From the NCBI GenBank assembly GCA_016928695.1, contig JAFGKF010000118.1:1-50038 (forward strand): DNA of 50,038 nucleotides, given 5' to 3'. Positions 27,866 through 36,362 of this stretch are shown in pieces. Under the pieces are notes generated by a model. That model was not told the origin of the DNA, ran no database searches, and saw nothing but the letters and a program-made list of their open reading frames with translations. The translations under genes were made by a program, and so were the position numbers. Every line of letters begins with the position of its first letter. Position 1 is the first letter of the stretch. Source of the DNA: Candidatus Sumerlaeota bacterium. GTDB taxonomy: Bacteria; Sumerlaeota; Sumerlaeia; JABWBI01.

Positions 27866-29860
27866 ATGCCCCCCATGGGTCCAGCGAACGAACACTTTTT
27901 TCAGGGCGGAGGTGCCGAGCCCTTGGCCAAAGCGAACAGACCCCAGCCGTCGCCTATCCGGACGCTGGGACCGATCTCCGATCTGGAGCGCCATCTCCCC
28001 ACCGACTGGTGGCAGACGCTGTTCAACTCGGTCTATCTGAAGACCGACGGTGATGTCGTCGAGAACGCCGCCAACACCGGCGCCGAGGTGGAGCTTCTCA
28101 TCAGCCGGGCTGGGCTGGAGCCGAACGACCACATTCTGGACCTCTGCTGCGGGCAGGGACGCCACAGCCTGGAGCTGGCCCGCCGGGGATTCCGTGAGGT
28201 CACCGGCGTGGACCGATCGCGCTACCTCGTGCGTCTCGCCCGCCAACGCGCGAAGCGGGAGGGGCTGAAGGTCACCTTCCGCGAGGGCGACGCCCGCCGG
28301 GTCCGCCTCCCCCAGAACTCCTTTCACTGCGTGGCGATCATGGGCAACTCCTTCGGCTACTTCGAGCAGGAGGAGGACGACCTCGTGGTCCTGCGCGGCG
28401 CCGCCCGCACCCTGCGACCCGGGGGGACGCTGGCGCTGGATCTGACCGACGGCGACTGGATGCGCGAGCACTTCGAGCCACGCTCCTGGGAGTGGATCGA
28501 CCAGGAGCACTTCGTCTGCCGCGAGCGGTCGCTCGCCTCCGACGGCCAGCGCCTGATCTCGCGCGAGGTCGTCGTCCACGCGGAGCGCGGCGTCATCGTC
28601 GATCAGTTCTACGCCGAGAGGCTCTACTCGGAGGAGGCGATCCGGACTCTGCTCGACCGCGCGGGCTTCGAGACCGTCCGACTCCACGGCCCCGTGGAGG
28701 CGAGCTCTGAGCGCGGTCAGGATCTGGGCATGATGGCCCACCGGATGTTCCTCACCGCCAATGCCCCGCGTGCCACCGCCACCGTCTCCAAGAGGCGCAG
28801 GGTGCTCTTCCCCAGTGTCACCGTTCTGCTGGGGGATCCCACGCTCCCCGACACCATCAAGCTGGATGGGCACTTCAACCCCGAGGACATCGAGACCGTC
28901 AACCGCCTCAAGAGCGCCCTGGAGGAGATCGAGGGACGCACCTTCGAGTTCATCGACAACCACGCCTCGCTCCTGACCGCGCTGCGCTCCTCCCCCCCGT
29001 CCTTCGTCTTCAACCTGTGCGATGAGGGTTACAACAACGAGGCCTTCCTCGAGCTCCACGTGCCCGCCGTTCTCGAGATGCTCGGCATCCCCTACACCGG
29101 CGCCGGCCCCTCATGCCTGGGGCTGTGCTACAACAAGGCGCTGGTGCGGGCCATCGCCGCCACCCTCGACATTCCGGTGCCGCTGGAGACCTTTTTCGAT
29201 CCCGACGATCAATCGGCCACTCTCCCGTCCACCCTGCCCGCCCTGGTCAAACCCAACTTCGGCGACAGCAGCGTGGGCATCACGATGGAGAGTGTCGTCC
29301 ACAGTCCCGAGGAGCTGATCGGATACATCCACCACCTCAAACAGGAGTTCCCCCACCGACCGCTTCTGGTTCAGGAGTTCCTCACGGGCGCGGAGTACAG
29401 CATCGGGATCGTCGGCAACCCCGGACAGACAGCGCGTGTGCTGCCCCCCCTCGAGGTCGACTTCAGTCAGCTCCCCGCCAATTTCCCCCCCATCCTCGGG
29501 TACGAGTCGAAGTGGGATCCCGCCTCACCCTACTGGACCCTGCTCCGCTATCACCAGGCCGACATGGACGAGGACACCCTCCGCGAGCTGTCGGACCAAT
29601 CCATGCTCCTCTTCGAGAGACTCGGCTGCCGCGACTACGCCCGGTTCGACTTCCGCGCCGATGCCGACGGGGTGATCAAACTGCTCGAGGTCAACCCCAA
29701 CCCCGGATGGTGCTGGGACGGGAAGTTCAACATGATGGCGGGCTTCGGCGGACTCCGCTATGCCGACCTCCTGCGCCTGATCCTCGATGCGGCCGCCGAG
29801 CGGGTGGCCGCGGGAGAGGGCAACGGCCATCTCCCGGCACCCGCAGCCGCCACTCCCTGA
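27866..29860 (+). CDS. Fusion protein: N-terminal class I SAM-dependent methyltransferase plus C-terminal D-Ala-D-Ala-ligase-like ATP-grasp enzyme
   Basis: MT motif I ILDLCCGQGRHSLELARRG and post-I/II motifs (VTGVDRS, GDARRVRL, VAIMGNSFGYF, LRPGGTLALD). After the linker NAPRATATVSKRRR comes an ATP-grasp: LVKPNFGDSSVGI, LVQEFLTGAEYSIGIVG, DYARFDFRADADGVIKLLEVNPNPGW. There is no in-frame stop between the halves. An alternative TTG start at 27923 has GGAGGTG 8 nt upstream. Confidence 0.8.
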   Translation: MPPMGPANEHFFQGGGAEPLAKANRPQPSPIRTLGPISDLERHLPTDWWQTLFNSVYLKTDGDVVENAANTGAEVELLISRAGLEPNDHILDLCCGQGRHSLELARRGFREVTGVDRSRYLVRLARQRAKREGLKVTFREGDARRVRLPQNSFHCVAIMGNSFGYFEQEEDDLVVLRGAARTLRPGGTLALDLTDGDWMREHFEPRSWEWIDQEHFVCRERSLASDGQRLISREVVVHAERGVIVDQFYAERLYSEEAIRTLLDRAGFETVRLHGPVEASSERGQDLGMMAHRMFLTANAPRATATVSKRRRVLFPSVTVLLGDPTLPDTIKLDGHFNPEDIETVNRLKSALEEIEGRTFEFIDNHASLLTALRSSPPSFVFNLCDEGYNNEAFLELHVPAVLEMLGIPYTGAGPSCLGLCYNKALVRAIAATLDIPVPLETFFDPDDQSATLPSTLPALVKPNFGDSSVGITMESVVHSPEELIGYIHHLKQEFPHRPLLVQEFLTGAEYSIGIVGNPGQTARVLPPLEVDFSQLPANFPPILGYESKWDPASPYWTLLRYHQADMDEDTLRELSDQSMLLFERLGCRDYARFDFRADADGVIKLLEVNPNPGWCWDGKFNMMAGFGGLRYADLLRLILDAAAERVAAGEGNGHLPAPAAATP

Positions 29861-29869
29861 CTCGGGTGC

Positions 29870-30556
29870 TCACTCTGCGCTGAGAATTTCTCCGATGAAG
29901 AGAGCCGACTCGCGGCAGAACGCCGCGGTCCACTCATGCCTTCCCCGGAAGACACAGGGGCGGACATCGACGCCCGCCGCGCGCAGGGCCTCGAGATCCC
30001 CCTCGAACTGGCGGGCCGGGATGAGGCGGTCGCTCTTTCCACGGCCGAGAAGCACGGGGGGCATCCGGGAGAGATCGCCCTCTCTCACATCGGGGGGGAG
30101 ATCCCCGGCGAGCGCGATCACGCCCACACAGGGGATCCGCTCGTCCATCGCCGCCCGGAAGGCCATCGCCGCCCCCTGCGAGAATCCCGCCAGGATCAGG
30201 GGCCTGTCGATCCCCTGATCGCGTCTGACCCTTGCGATCACCGAGTGCACGTACTCCCGGTTGTCCTCGATGGCCCGCCCGCGGTCGAGACGCGTCATCC
30301 AGCTGGCGACCACGCTCTCCATCCTGCGGTCATAGAACGGGTGAAGCGCCTGGACAGCGCAGACCCAGCCCTCGCTGACACTCGGGATCCTGTTGAGCGC
30401 AGCGAGGTGCTGATCGGCGCTCTCGCCGTAGCCGTGAAAGCCGACGAGGAGGAAACGCCCCGGCATCTCCGCCGGGGGCTGAAGCAGAGCGTGGCCGTGC
30501 ACCGTCGCGGGAACGGTGTGGACGATGAGCGCCTGCCCCGGCACGCCGGTCCTCAC
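29870..30556 (-). CDS. Alpha/beta hydrolase (phospholipase/carboxylesterase, Abhydrolase_2-like)
   Basis: Nucleophile elbow GFSQGAAMA. 228 aa. GTG start overlaps the serA stop by 4 nt. Confidence 0.7.
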   Translation of the reverse strand: MRTGVPGQALIVHTVPATVHGHALLQPPAEMPGRFLLVGFHGYGESADQHLAALNRIPSVSEGWVCAVQALHPFYDRRMESVVASWMTRLDRGRAIEDNREYVHSVIARVRRDQGIDRPLILAGFSQGAAMAFRAAMDERIPCVGVIALAGDLPPDVREGDLSRMPPVLLGRGKSDRLIPARQFEGDLEALRAAGVDVRPCVFRGRHEWTAAFCRESALFIGEILSAE

Positions 30557-31767
30557 TCCGCCGGGATCTCGACGAGGGAGACGCCGAGGATGTGCTCGTT
30601 GCCGTCGTGGATGGACTGCATCACCTCCTGCGAGGGGGAGTCGTCCAGGCGGATGCGGGCGCAGGCCGCCTTCGCCTCGGCCAGGATCACGTTCTCCATC
30701 TCCTCGACGTTGATCCCGGCGTGGCTGATCTCGTGGAGCACATGCGACAGAACGCCTGGGCGGTTGCGGTGACGCACCACGAGCAGCCGCTTCGCGGGGG
30801 AGCGCTCGCAGAGGTTCACGCAGTTGAGCACCGCGCCGTCGTGGTGATAGCGGGCGACGATGCGCACGGTCTCGTCGGCCACGGCCTGCTGCGCCTGGTC
30901 GGTCGACGCACCGATGTGGTGCGTGCCATAGACGACTCCCCCACCCCCCACGATGGGATCGGCGAACTCGGAGTCGTTGGCATCCGGCTCCTGCGCGTAG
31001 ACGTCGAGACCGAGGCGGATGCCGCGCTCGCGGGCCGCCTCGAGCGCACCCGGGGCGACGAGCTCACCGCGGCCGGTGTTGATGAAGTACCCGCCCTCGG
31101 GCATGAGGCCGAGCAGCTCGGCGGTGACGATCCCCTTCGTCTCGGGCTTGACCGCGAGATGCACGGTGAGCACGTTGGCGCGGCGCGCCGCGTCCTCGGG
31201 GGTCTCGGCGAACTCGACCCCGAGCTCCTCAGCACGCTCGGGCGTCAGCGACCGGCTCCAGGCGACGACGCGCATGTCGAAGGCCAGCGCGCGCTTGGCG
31301 ACCTCCTGTCCGATCTGCCCCAGGCCGAGGATGCCAAGCGTGCGGCCCTTGATGCCCCGCGCCTTCGAGTACTCCTTTTTCGCCCATCGGCCCGCGCGCA
31401 GATCGACGGAGGCGTCGACAATGCGCCGGTCGAGAGCCAGGATCAGCCCCATGGTCAGCTCGGCGACCGCCACCGAGTTCTTGCCCGGGCAGTTGGCCAC
31501 GAAGATGCCCAGCTCGCTCGCCCGCGCGACGTCGATCGTGTTGAAGCCGGCCCCCGCGCGGATCACGAGAGCGAGGCTCTCGCCCGCCTCCAGGGTCTCG
31601 GCGGGGACCCTCGTCGAGCGGACGATCAGGACCTCGCAGCCGGTCTCGCCCACGGCCTTCGTCAGGGCCTCGTCGCTGAGCGTGGGATCGGAGACGACCT
31701 CGCATCCGAGGTCCCGGAGGGCGTCGATCCCGGACGCCTCAAACTTGTCGGCGATGAGAACACGCAT
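30553..31767 (-). CDS. serA: D-3-phosphoglycerate dehydrogenase with a C-terminal ACT domain
   Basis: MRVLIADKF..., NAD fold GILGLGQIGQEVAKR, catalytic region GTHHIGAST, ACT-like tail LLVVRHRNRPGVLSHVLHEISHAGINVEEM. ATG 31767 is preceded by GGGAGGTG; the track ORF extends to 31830. Confidence 0.88.
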   Translation of the reverse strand: MRVLIADKFEASGIDALRDLGCEVVSDPTLSDEALTKAVGETGCEVLIVRSTRVPAETLEAGESLALVIRAGAGFNTIDVARASELGIFVANCPGKNSVAVAELTMGLILALDRRIVDASVDLRAGRWAKKEYSKARGIKGRTLGILGLGQIGQEVAKRALAFDMRVVAWSRSLTPERAEELGVEFAETPEDAARRANVLTVHLAVKPETKGIVTAELLGLMPEGGYFINTGRGELVAPGALEAARERGIRLGLDVYAQEPDANDSEFADPIVGGGGVVYGTHHIGASTDQAQQAVADETVRIVARYHHDGAVLNCVNLCERSPAKRLLVVRHRNRPGVLSHVLHEISHAGINVEEMENVILAEAKAACARIRLDDSPSQEVMQSIHDGNEHILGVSLVEIPAE

Positions 31768-31846
31768 GTCACACCTCCCACTTCCGCTGATCAAACAGAT
31801 CAGGGTGTGACCCGCGAGACCCGGGCGCAACGAAAACCGGACGGAC

Positions 31847-32320
31847 TCAGGCGAAGCGGCGCGGCGCCATCCGGGGACGGATCGCCGTCCGAAGGGCGAT
31901 CTCCCATGCGATGCCGACGAGCAGCATGGTCACGGAGATCACGATCCAGTGACCCGGGGCGATGGCGACCAGGGACACCGCGATCGCCACCCACCCGATC
32001 CAGAACCACTCCCCCTTGAGCCACCCGATCACGATCACGCAGAACGCGATCATGGCGAGACTGCAGGCGGCGAAGAGCGGTGTGACCGTGAAATCCGGGC
32101 GGGCGCCGGGATCGAACTCACGCTCCTGCGACGTGGGGCCGCTGGCCTCGAGCGCATCCGAGATCTCCCAGGGTGACAGCGCATCCTCGCTCTGCGTCAG
32201 AAGCACGCTGCAGAGCGAGAAGACCGCGAGAAAGAGGGCGCAGATGCCGAAGGTCTGAGAGGTCCTCCGCTGCGGCTGGTCCTCCGGTCGCTTTTTTCTT
32301 CTCTTGCGCTTCTTGCTCAC
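31847..32320 (-). CDS. Small polytopic membrane protein with a Lys/Arg-rich N-terminus (unknown function)
   Basis: GTG start. MSKKRKRRKKRPEDQ is followed by about four hydrophobic helices. Strong GC3 bias supports coding. Confidence 0.6.
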   Translation of the reverse strand: MSKKRKRRKKRPEDQPQRRTSQTFGICALFLAVFSLCSVLLTQSEDALSPWEISDALEASGPTSQEREFDPGARPDFTVTPLFAACSLAMIAFCVIVIGWLKGEWFWIGWVAIAVSLVAIAPGHWIVISVTMLLVGIAWEIALRTAIRPRMAPRRFA

Positions 32321-32362
32321 AGCGTCACACCAACCGGGATGGGACAGATCCCCCTCTCGACT

Positions 32363-32403
32363 CCCCCTCTCCCTTCACGGGAGAGGGGGTCGGGGGGTGA
32401 GGG
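32363..32403 (+). repeat. Copy 1 of the repeat CCCCCTCTCCC-N-GGGAGAGGGG-N-GGGGGGTGAGGG
   Basis: CCCCCTCTCCCTTCACGGGAGAGGGGGTCGGGGGGTGAGGG. A near-identical element lies at 38290-38331. It forms the hairpin CCCTCTCCC / GGGAGAGGG. Confidence 0.8.
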
Positions 32404-32413
32404 CTGCAGCGGT

Positions 32414-32451
32414 GAATAAAAACAGAGAGGGGCGCACATGCAACCCCTCTC
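32414..32451 (-). terminator. Rho-independent terminator after metK
   Basis: Minus strand: GAGAGGGG-UUGCAUGUGCG-CCCCUCUC followed by UGUUUUUAUU. Confidence 0.8.
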
Positions 32452-32482
32452 ATGAGCTCCCGGTGATGTGAACGCACTGAAC

Positions 32483-33730
32483 TCAGGCGCTCGCCCCTGC
32501 GATCTTCTCGGCGGCCGCCCTCAGCTCGCCGACGCGGTCCGTGCGCTCCCAGGTGAAGCCGTCGCCCTCGCGGCCGAAGTGCCCATAGGCACTGGTCGGG
32601 GCGAAGACGGGGCGGCGCAGCTCGAGCGCCCTGAGAATCGCGGCCGGGCGGAGATCGAAGACCTCGCGGATGATCTTGGTCAGGTCGCCGTCGTCCACCG
32701 TGCCCGTGTCGAAGGTGTTGACATTGATCGAGACCGGCTGGGCCACACCGATGGCGTAGGCCACCTGGACCTCGCAGCGCTTGGCGAGGCCTGCGGCCAC
32801 GATGTTCTTGGCGACCCAGCGCGTGGCGTAGGCGGCCGAGCGGTCGACCTTCGATGGGTCCTTGCCGCTGAAGGCGCCGCCGCCGTGGCGGCCCATGCCG
32901 CCGTACGTGTCGACGATGATCTTGCGGCCCGTGACACCCGAGTCACCGTGGGGTCCACCGACCACGAAGCGTCCCGTCGGGTTGATGTGATAGGTCGCGC
33001 TGCCGTCGAGCATCGCGGCGGGGATGATCGGCTTGACCACGTGCTCGATGATCTGGGCGCGCGCGTCATCGGAGAAGTCGCCTTTGCCGCCGTCGGTGCA
33101 GACCGACGTGTCGTGCTGAGTGGAGATGACGACGTTGACGACCCGGATGGGCTTGCCGTCCTCGTACTCGACCGAGACCTGGCTCTTGCCGTCGGGGCGC
33201 AGCCAGGGGAGGGTGCCGTCCTTGCGGACGTCGGTCAGGCGCTTGGCGAGCCGCTGCGCGAGATCGATGGGCATCGGCATCAGGTTGGGCGTCTCGTCGC
33301 TCGCGTAGCCGAACATCATGCCCTGGTCGCCCGCGCCCTGCTCGGCGTGGAGACCCTGGCCCTCGGTCACACCCTGGCTGATGTCGGGGCTCTGGGGGTG
33401 AAGGCGGATGTCGATCTGGCAGGTCTTGGCATCGAAGCCGATGTCCGCCGAGGTGTAGCCGATGTCGGCGATGGCCTCGCGGGCGACGCGCTCGACGTCG
33501 GCTTTGAAGCGCTTCATGTCCTTGGGCTTCTCTGGGTCGTAGGCCTTGCACGTGACCTCACCCATGATCAGGACGTAGTCGGTCGTCACGGCCGTCTCGC
33601 AGGCGACACGCGACATGGGGTCCTGGCCGATCAGCAGATCGAGCACCGCGTCGCTGATGCGATCGCAGACCTTGTCGGGGTGTCCCTCGTTCACGGACTC
33701 GGAGGTGAAAATCATGCGACGAGTGCTCAT
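32483..33730 (-). CDS. metK: S-adenosylmethionine synthetase
   Basis: [50 protein letters not shown] 33730 is preceded by CAGGAG; the track ORF extends to 33802. Confidence 0.95.
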   Translation of the reverse strand: MSTRRMIFTSESVNEGHPDKVCDRISDAVLDLLIGQDPMSRVACETAVTTDYVLIMGEVTCKAYDPEKPKDMKRFKADVERVAREAIADIGYTSADIGFDAKTCQIDIRLHPQSPDISQGVTEGQGLHAEQGAGDQGMMFGYASDETPNLMPMPIDLAQRLAKRLTDVRKDGTLPWLRPDGKSQVSVEYEDGKPIRVVNVVISTQHDTSVCTDGGKGDFSDDARAQIIEHVVKPIIPAAMLDGSATYHINPTGRFVVGGPHGDSGVTGRKIIVDTYGGMGRHGGGAFSGKDPSKVDRSAAYATRWVAKNIVAAGLAKRCEVQVAYAIGVAQPVSINVNTFDTGTVDDGDLTKIIREVFDLRPAAILRALELRRPVFAPTSAYGHFGREGDGFTWERTDRVGELRAAAEKIAGASA

Positions 33731-33858
33731 GGATGACTCCTGTGAACTGCCCCCGCGCCCGGGGGAGGGTCCAAACTTCAATGGTCTCAGTGGCCCACCC
33801 AATCAGTCAGGGCGCACCGAAGCCGACCATAATCGCCAAGCGCGCCCTTGAGGCAAGG

Positions 33859-33892
33859 AAAAAAGCCCCCCTCCCGGGTGAGGCGGGAGGGG
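33859..33892 (-). terminator. Rho-independent terminator after the first phosphodiester-glycosidase gene
   Basis: Minus strand: CCCCUCCCG-CCUCACC-CGGGAGGGG, then GGC UUUUUU. Confidence 0.8.
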
Positions 33893-33898
33893 AGCCGT

Positions 33899-36181
33899 TC
33901 ACTCAGAGCGAAGTGCCGTCAGCTCGCAGGGGACGGTCCCATTCGCCTCGAACAGAAGATTGTCGAAGTGTCCGCCCTGCGCGTTGCTGTTGGTTGAGAA
34001 ATACTCGTGATAGGCGAGGCCGACCCGGCCTCGGCGATGAGTCGTGTCCTGGGTGTCGACCAGGATCGAGCCGTCGAGATAGTAGCGGATGCTCTTGCCC
34101 ACCGTCTCGATCCGGAAGGTGTGCCACCCGTCGGACGACAGTGTCAGCGGATAGAGCTCCATGAAATCCGTCTCCACACCGTCGACGATGACCATCGCCT
34201 GGACCCGCCCCGTGTCCGAGTCGAACGTCAGGGCATAGCAGTTGCCTCCGCCGTGGTTCGCGCTGTCGAATGCGGCGTTGCCGTCGTCCCGGGCGAAGAT
34301 GCCCGCGCGCTCGAAGCCATCGGAGGCGACCCCCGGCCGGAGATCGCAATAGACATCTGCCTCGATGGTGTAATCGCTGTCGTCGGCACCGCCGAGCGAC
34401 ACGGTCTCATAGCCCCCCGTGGGATCGAGCACCTCGAGAGCATATCCATCGCCCCCCGGCGCGGGGGGGGCGAAGGCCACGACGGGATTGGTCGAGAACT
34501 TGTCCTCGAACGGCAGTGTGCGGCCGGACGAGGGGCAGTCATCGCTCATCGGCAGCGACGAGGTGCGCGATTCGCGGACGAGCATGATCGCGTTGGCGAT
34601 GGCGCGCTGAGTCCCGACCGGTGCCCCCGAGGGCACGTTGGCCAGTGCGCCGTTGATCACCAGGGTGGTGGAACCCCCACCGTCGAGATTGATCGCATCG
34701 CGAACACCCAGCGTGTGCCGAAGAAAGTCGGACATCATCTGGAAATCCGCCCCGATCGTCGTGGGGGCATTGCGCCCGTCGAACGTCACAAACCAGTGCC
34801 TCGATCCATCCGACGCGATCACCGTGCGGGGATGGAGCTCATCCCAGAAGCCGTACTGCGTCCAGCCGGAGCCGGTCACCTGCGCGTAATCCGACACGAG
34901 GTGTCCCGCCCCGTGTGTGATCACAGACGTGCTGTTGAGGATCGAGGGGCCGAGATCGACGCGGACCGCCACCGTCTGCCCCACGACCGCGTTCGCGAGC
35001 ACTCCCGCCTCCGCGCCGGGGCAGCCGCGGATCACGAGGCCGTCGGCCGGGATCGCGCTGTTGACCGACTGGGCTCCCGTGCGCACCTGGGTGATCGTGC
35101 CCTCGACGGTCTTCTCGGCGCGGATGGGCCAGTTGACGTCCTCGACGATCACCTCGACGGCCTGAGTGGTCGACAGCGTGGAGGCCCCCCAGATCGGCGT
35201 GTAGACGATCACCTCGCCGTCGATGTTGTCGTAATTCAGGTGACCGATCGGGGTGGTGGCGGCGCTCTCCCAGAGGAGATCAGCTGTGTATCCCCCGAAC
35301 CCCGCCGGAGAGGGACGCCTCACCCACGTGTCGCCCGACTCGAGCGTGGCGAAGACATCGTTGTGACCCGAGAGGCTCGGAATGCCGTCGAGATTGCCAT
35401 CCGTCGCAATCGTCCCCCCACCGATGGAATCCGTCGGCCCCCCGAGGTCAAAGAAAGCGCAGTTGATGGCGGCGACCACGTCGTGCCCCGGCGAGTCGTA
35501 GCGGCTCACCATGGTCGTCAGCGGCTCACGACCCACCGTGTTGTAATTGCGGCTCTGATGCGCCCACCCCATCTCGAGATGATACTCGGGACTGGTGAGA
35601 TCGAACTCGACGACGTCGCAGATCGTCGGCCCCTCGATCCGCCAGCGGGTGTGCACCACGCCCGGCGACACCGTCTCGGTCAGCAGCAGCTCGGGCGGTG
35701 TGGGCGGAGGCGGTCCCCCCTCAGAGAAGCGGACCGCGTCGGCGATGACCACGCTCCCGCCGGAGCTGCTCGCCGCCTGGAGCTGCACCGTGGCAGGGCC
35801 CGCGCTGAAATCGAAGAGCCCCAGCGACGTCCAGTTGCCCCCACCGCTCTGATCGATGTCCACACTCTGAGGCCCGGAGGCCGTCTGCACCACATAGCGG
35901 GTGCTCGTCGCGCGGTTGGTGCCCGGCACATACCAGACCGCGACCTCATACTGAGTCGTGGACGCGAGCGTCGCGGACCACGTCGCGGTGCTGCTTCCCC
36001 CCGCGGTGGCGTAGCGATAGGTGCCCCCATCGTAGCCGACAGATCCGCTGGTCGCCCAGCTCCCCGTCTCCACATAGCCGGGGGATCCATCGTCGTTGTC
36101 GAGAATGATGACTTCGGCCGAGATGCTGGAAACAGGCGCCACCAGCGCAAGGCCGGTGAACACCCATGTCACCCGATTCAT
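33899..36181 (-). CDS. Secreted three-module protein: golvesin-C-like domain, phosphodiester glycosidase (NAGPA/DUF2233-like) and a LamG/DUF1080-like C-terminal domain
   Basis: Signal peptide MNRVTWVFTGLALVAPVSSISA. N-terminal module IILDNDDGSPGYVETGSWATS...YEVAVWY...LGLFDF...IADAVRF. Central INLDGGGSTTLVINGA hallmark. C-terminal WHTFRIETVGKSIRYYLDG...GRVGLAYHEYFSTNSNAQGGHFDNLLFE. Confidence 0.7.
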   Translation of the reverse strand: MNRVTWVFTGLALVAPVSSISAEVIILDNDDGSPGYVETGSWATSGSVGYDGGTYRYATAGGSSTATWSATLASTTQYEVAVWYVPGTNRATSTRYVVQTASGPQSVDIDQSGGGNWTSLGLFDFSAGPATVQLQAASSSGGSVVIADAVRFSEGGPPPPTPPELLLTETVSPGVVHTRWRIEGPTICDVVEFDLTSPEYHLEMGWAHQSRNYNTVGREPLTTMVSRYDSPGHDVVAAINCAFFDLGGPTDSIGGGTIATDGNLDGIPSLSGHNDVFATLESGDTWVRRPSPAGFGGYTADLLWESAATTPIGHLNYDNIDGEVIVYTPIWGASTLSTTQAVEVIVEDVNWPIRAEKTVEGTITQVRTGAQSVNSAIPADGLVIRGCPGAEAGVLANAVVGQTVAVRVDLGPSILNSTSVITHGAGHLVSDYAQVTGSGWTQYGFWDELHPRTVIASDGSRHWFVTFDGRNAPTTIGADFQMMSDFLRHTLGVRDAINLDGGGSTTLVINGALANVPSGAPVGTQRAIANAIMLVRESRTSSLPMSDDCPSSGRTLPFEDKFSTNPVVAFAPPAPGGDGYALEVLDPTGGYETVSLGGADDSDYTIEADVYCDLRPGVASDGFERAGIFARDDGNAAFDSANHGGGNCYALTFDSDTGRVQAMVIVDGVETDFMELYPLTLSSDGWHTFRIETVGKSIRYYLDGSILVDTQDTTHRRGRVGLAYHEYFSTNSNAQGGHFDNLLFEANGTVPCELTALRSE

Positions 36182-36362
36182 GCTGATTCCTCCCTGGGCT
36201 CCGCGCGCAGTCCCTGCACGTGAATCTGCCCACTCGACCTGGGGGGAGGCAAGGCGGTTTGTCCCATCCGAGATTAATTCTTCTGCACCGACTCAGTGAT
36301 ACGACACGCGGAGCGGAGCCTCGCTCATCCCAAGCGCACATGGTCTCCATTGGACCGGTCAA

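Noticed and set aside
33981-34012. A near-identical 32-mer shared with 36442-36473, considered as a template/variable-repeat pair of a diversity-generating retroelement.
   Set aside because: There is no reverse transcriptase in the window. The single mismatch is not part of an adenine-specific pattern. The stretch encodes the conserved peptide HEYFSTNSNAQG in two paralogs, so ordinary paralog conservation explains it.
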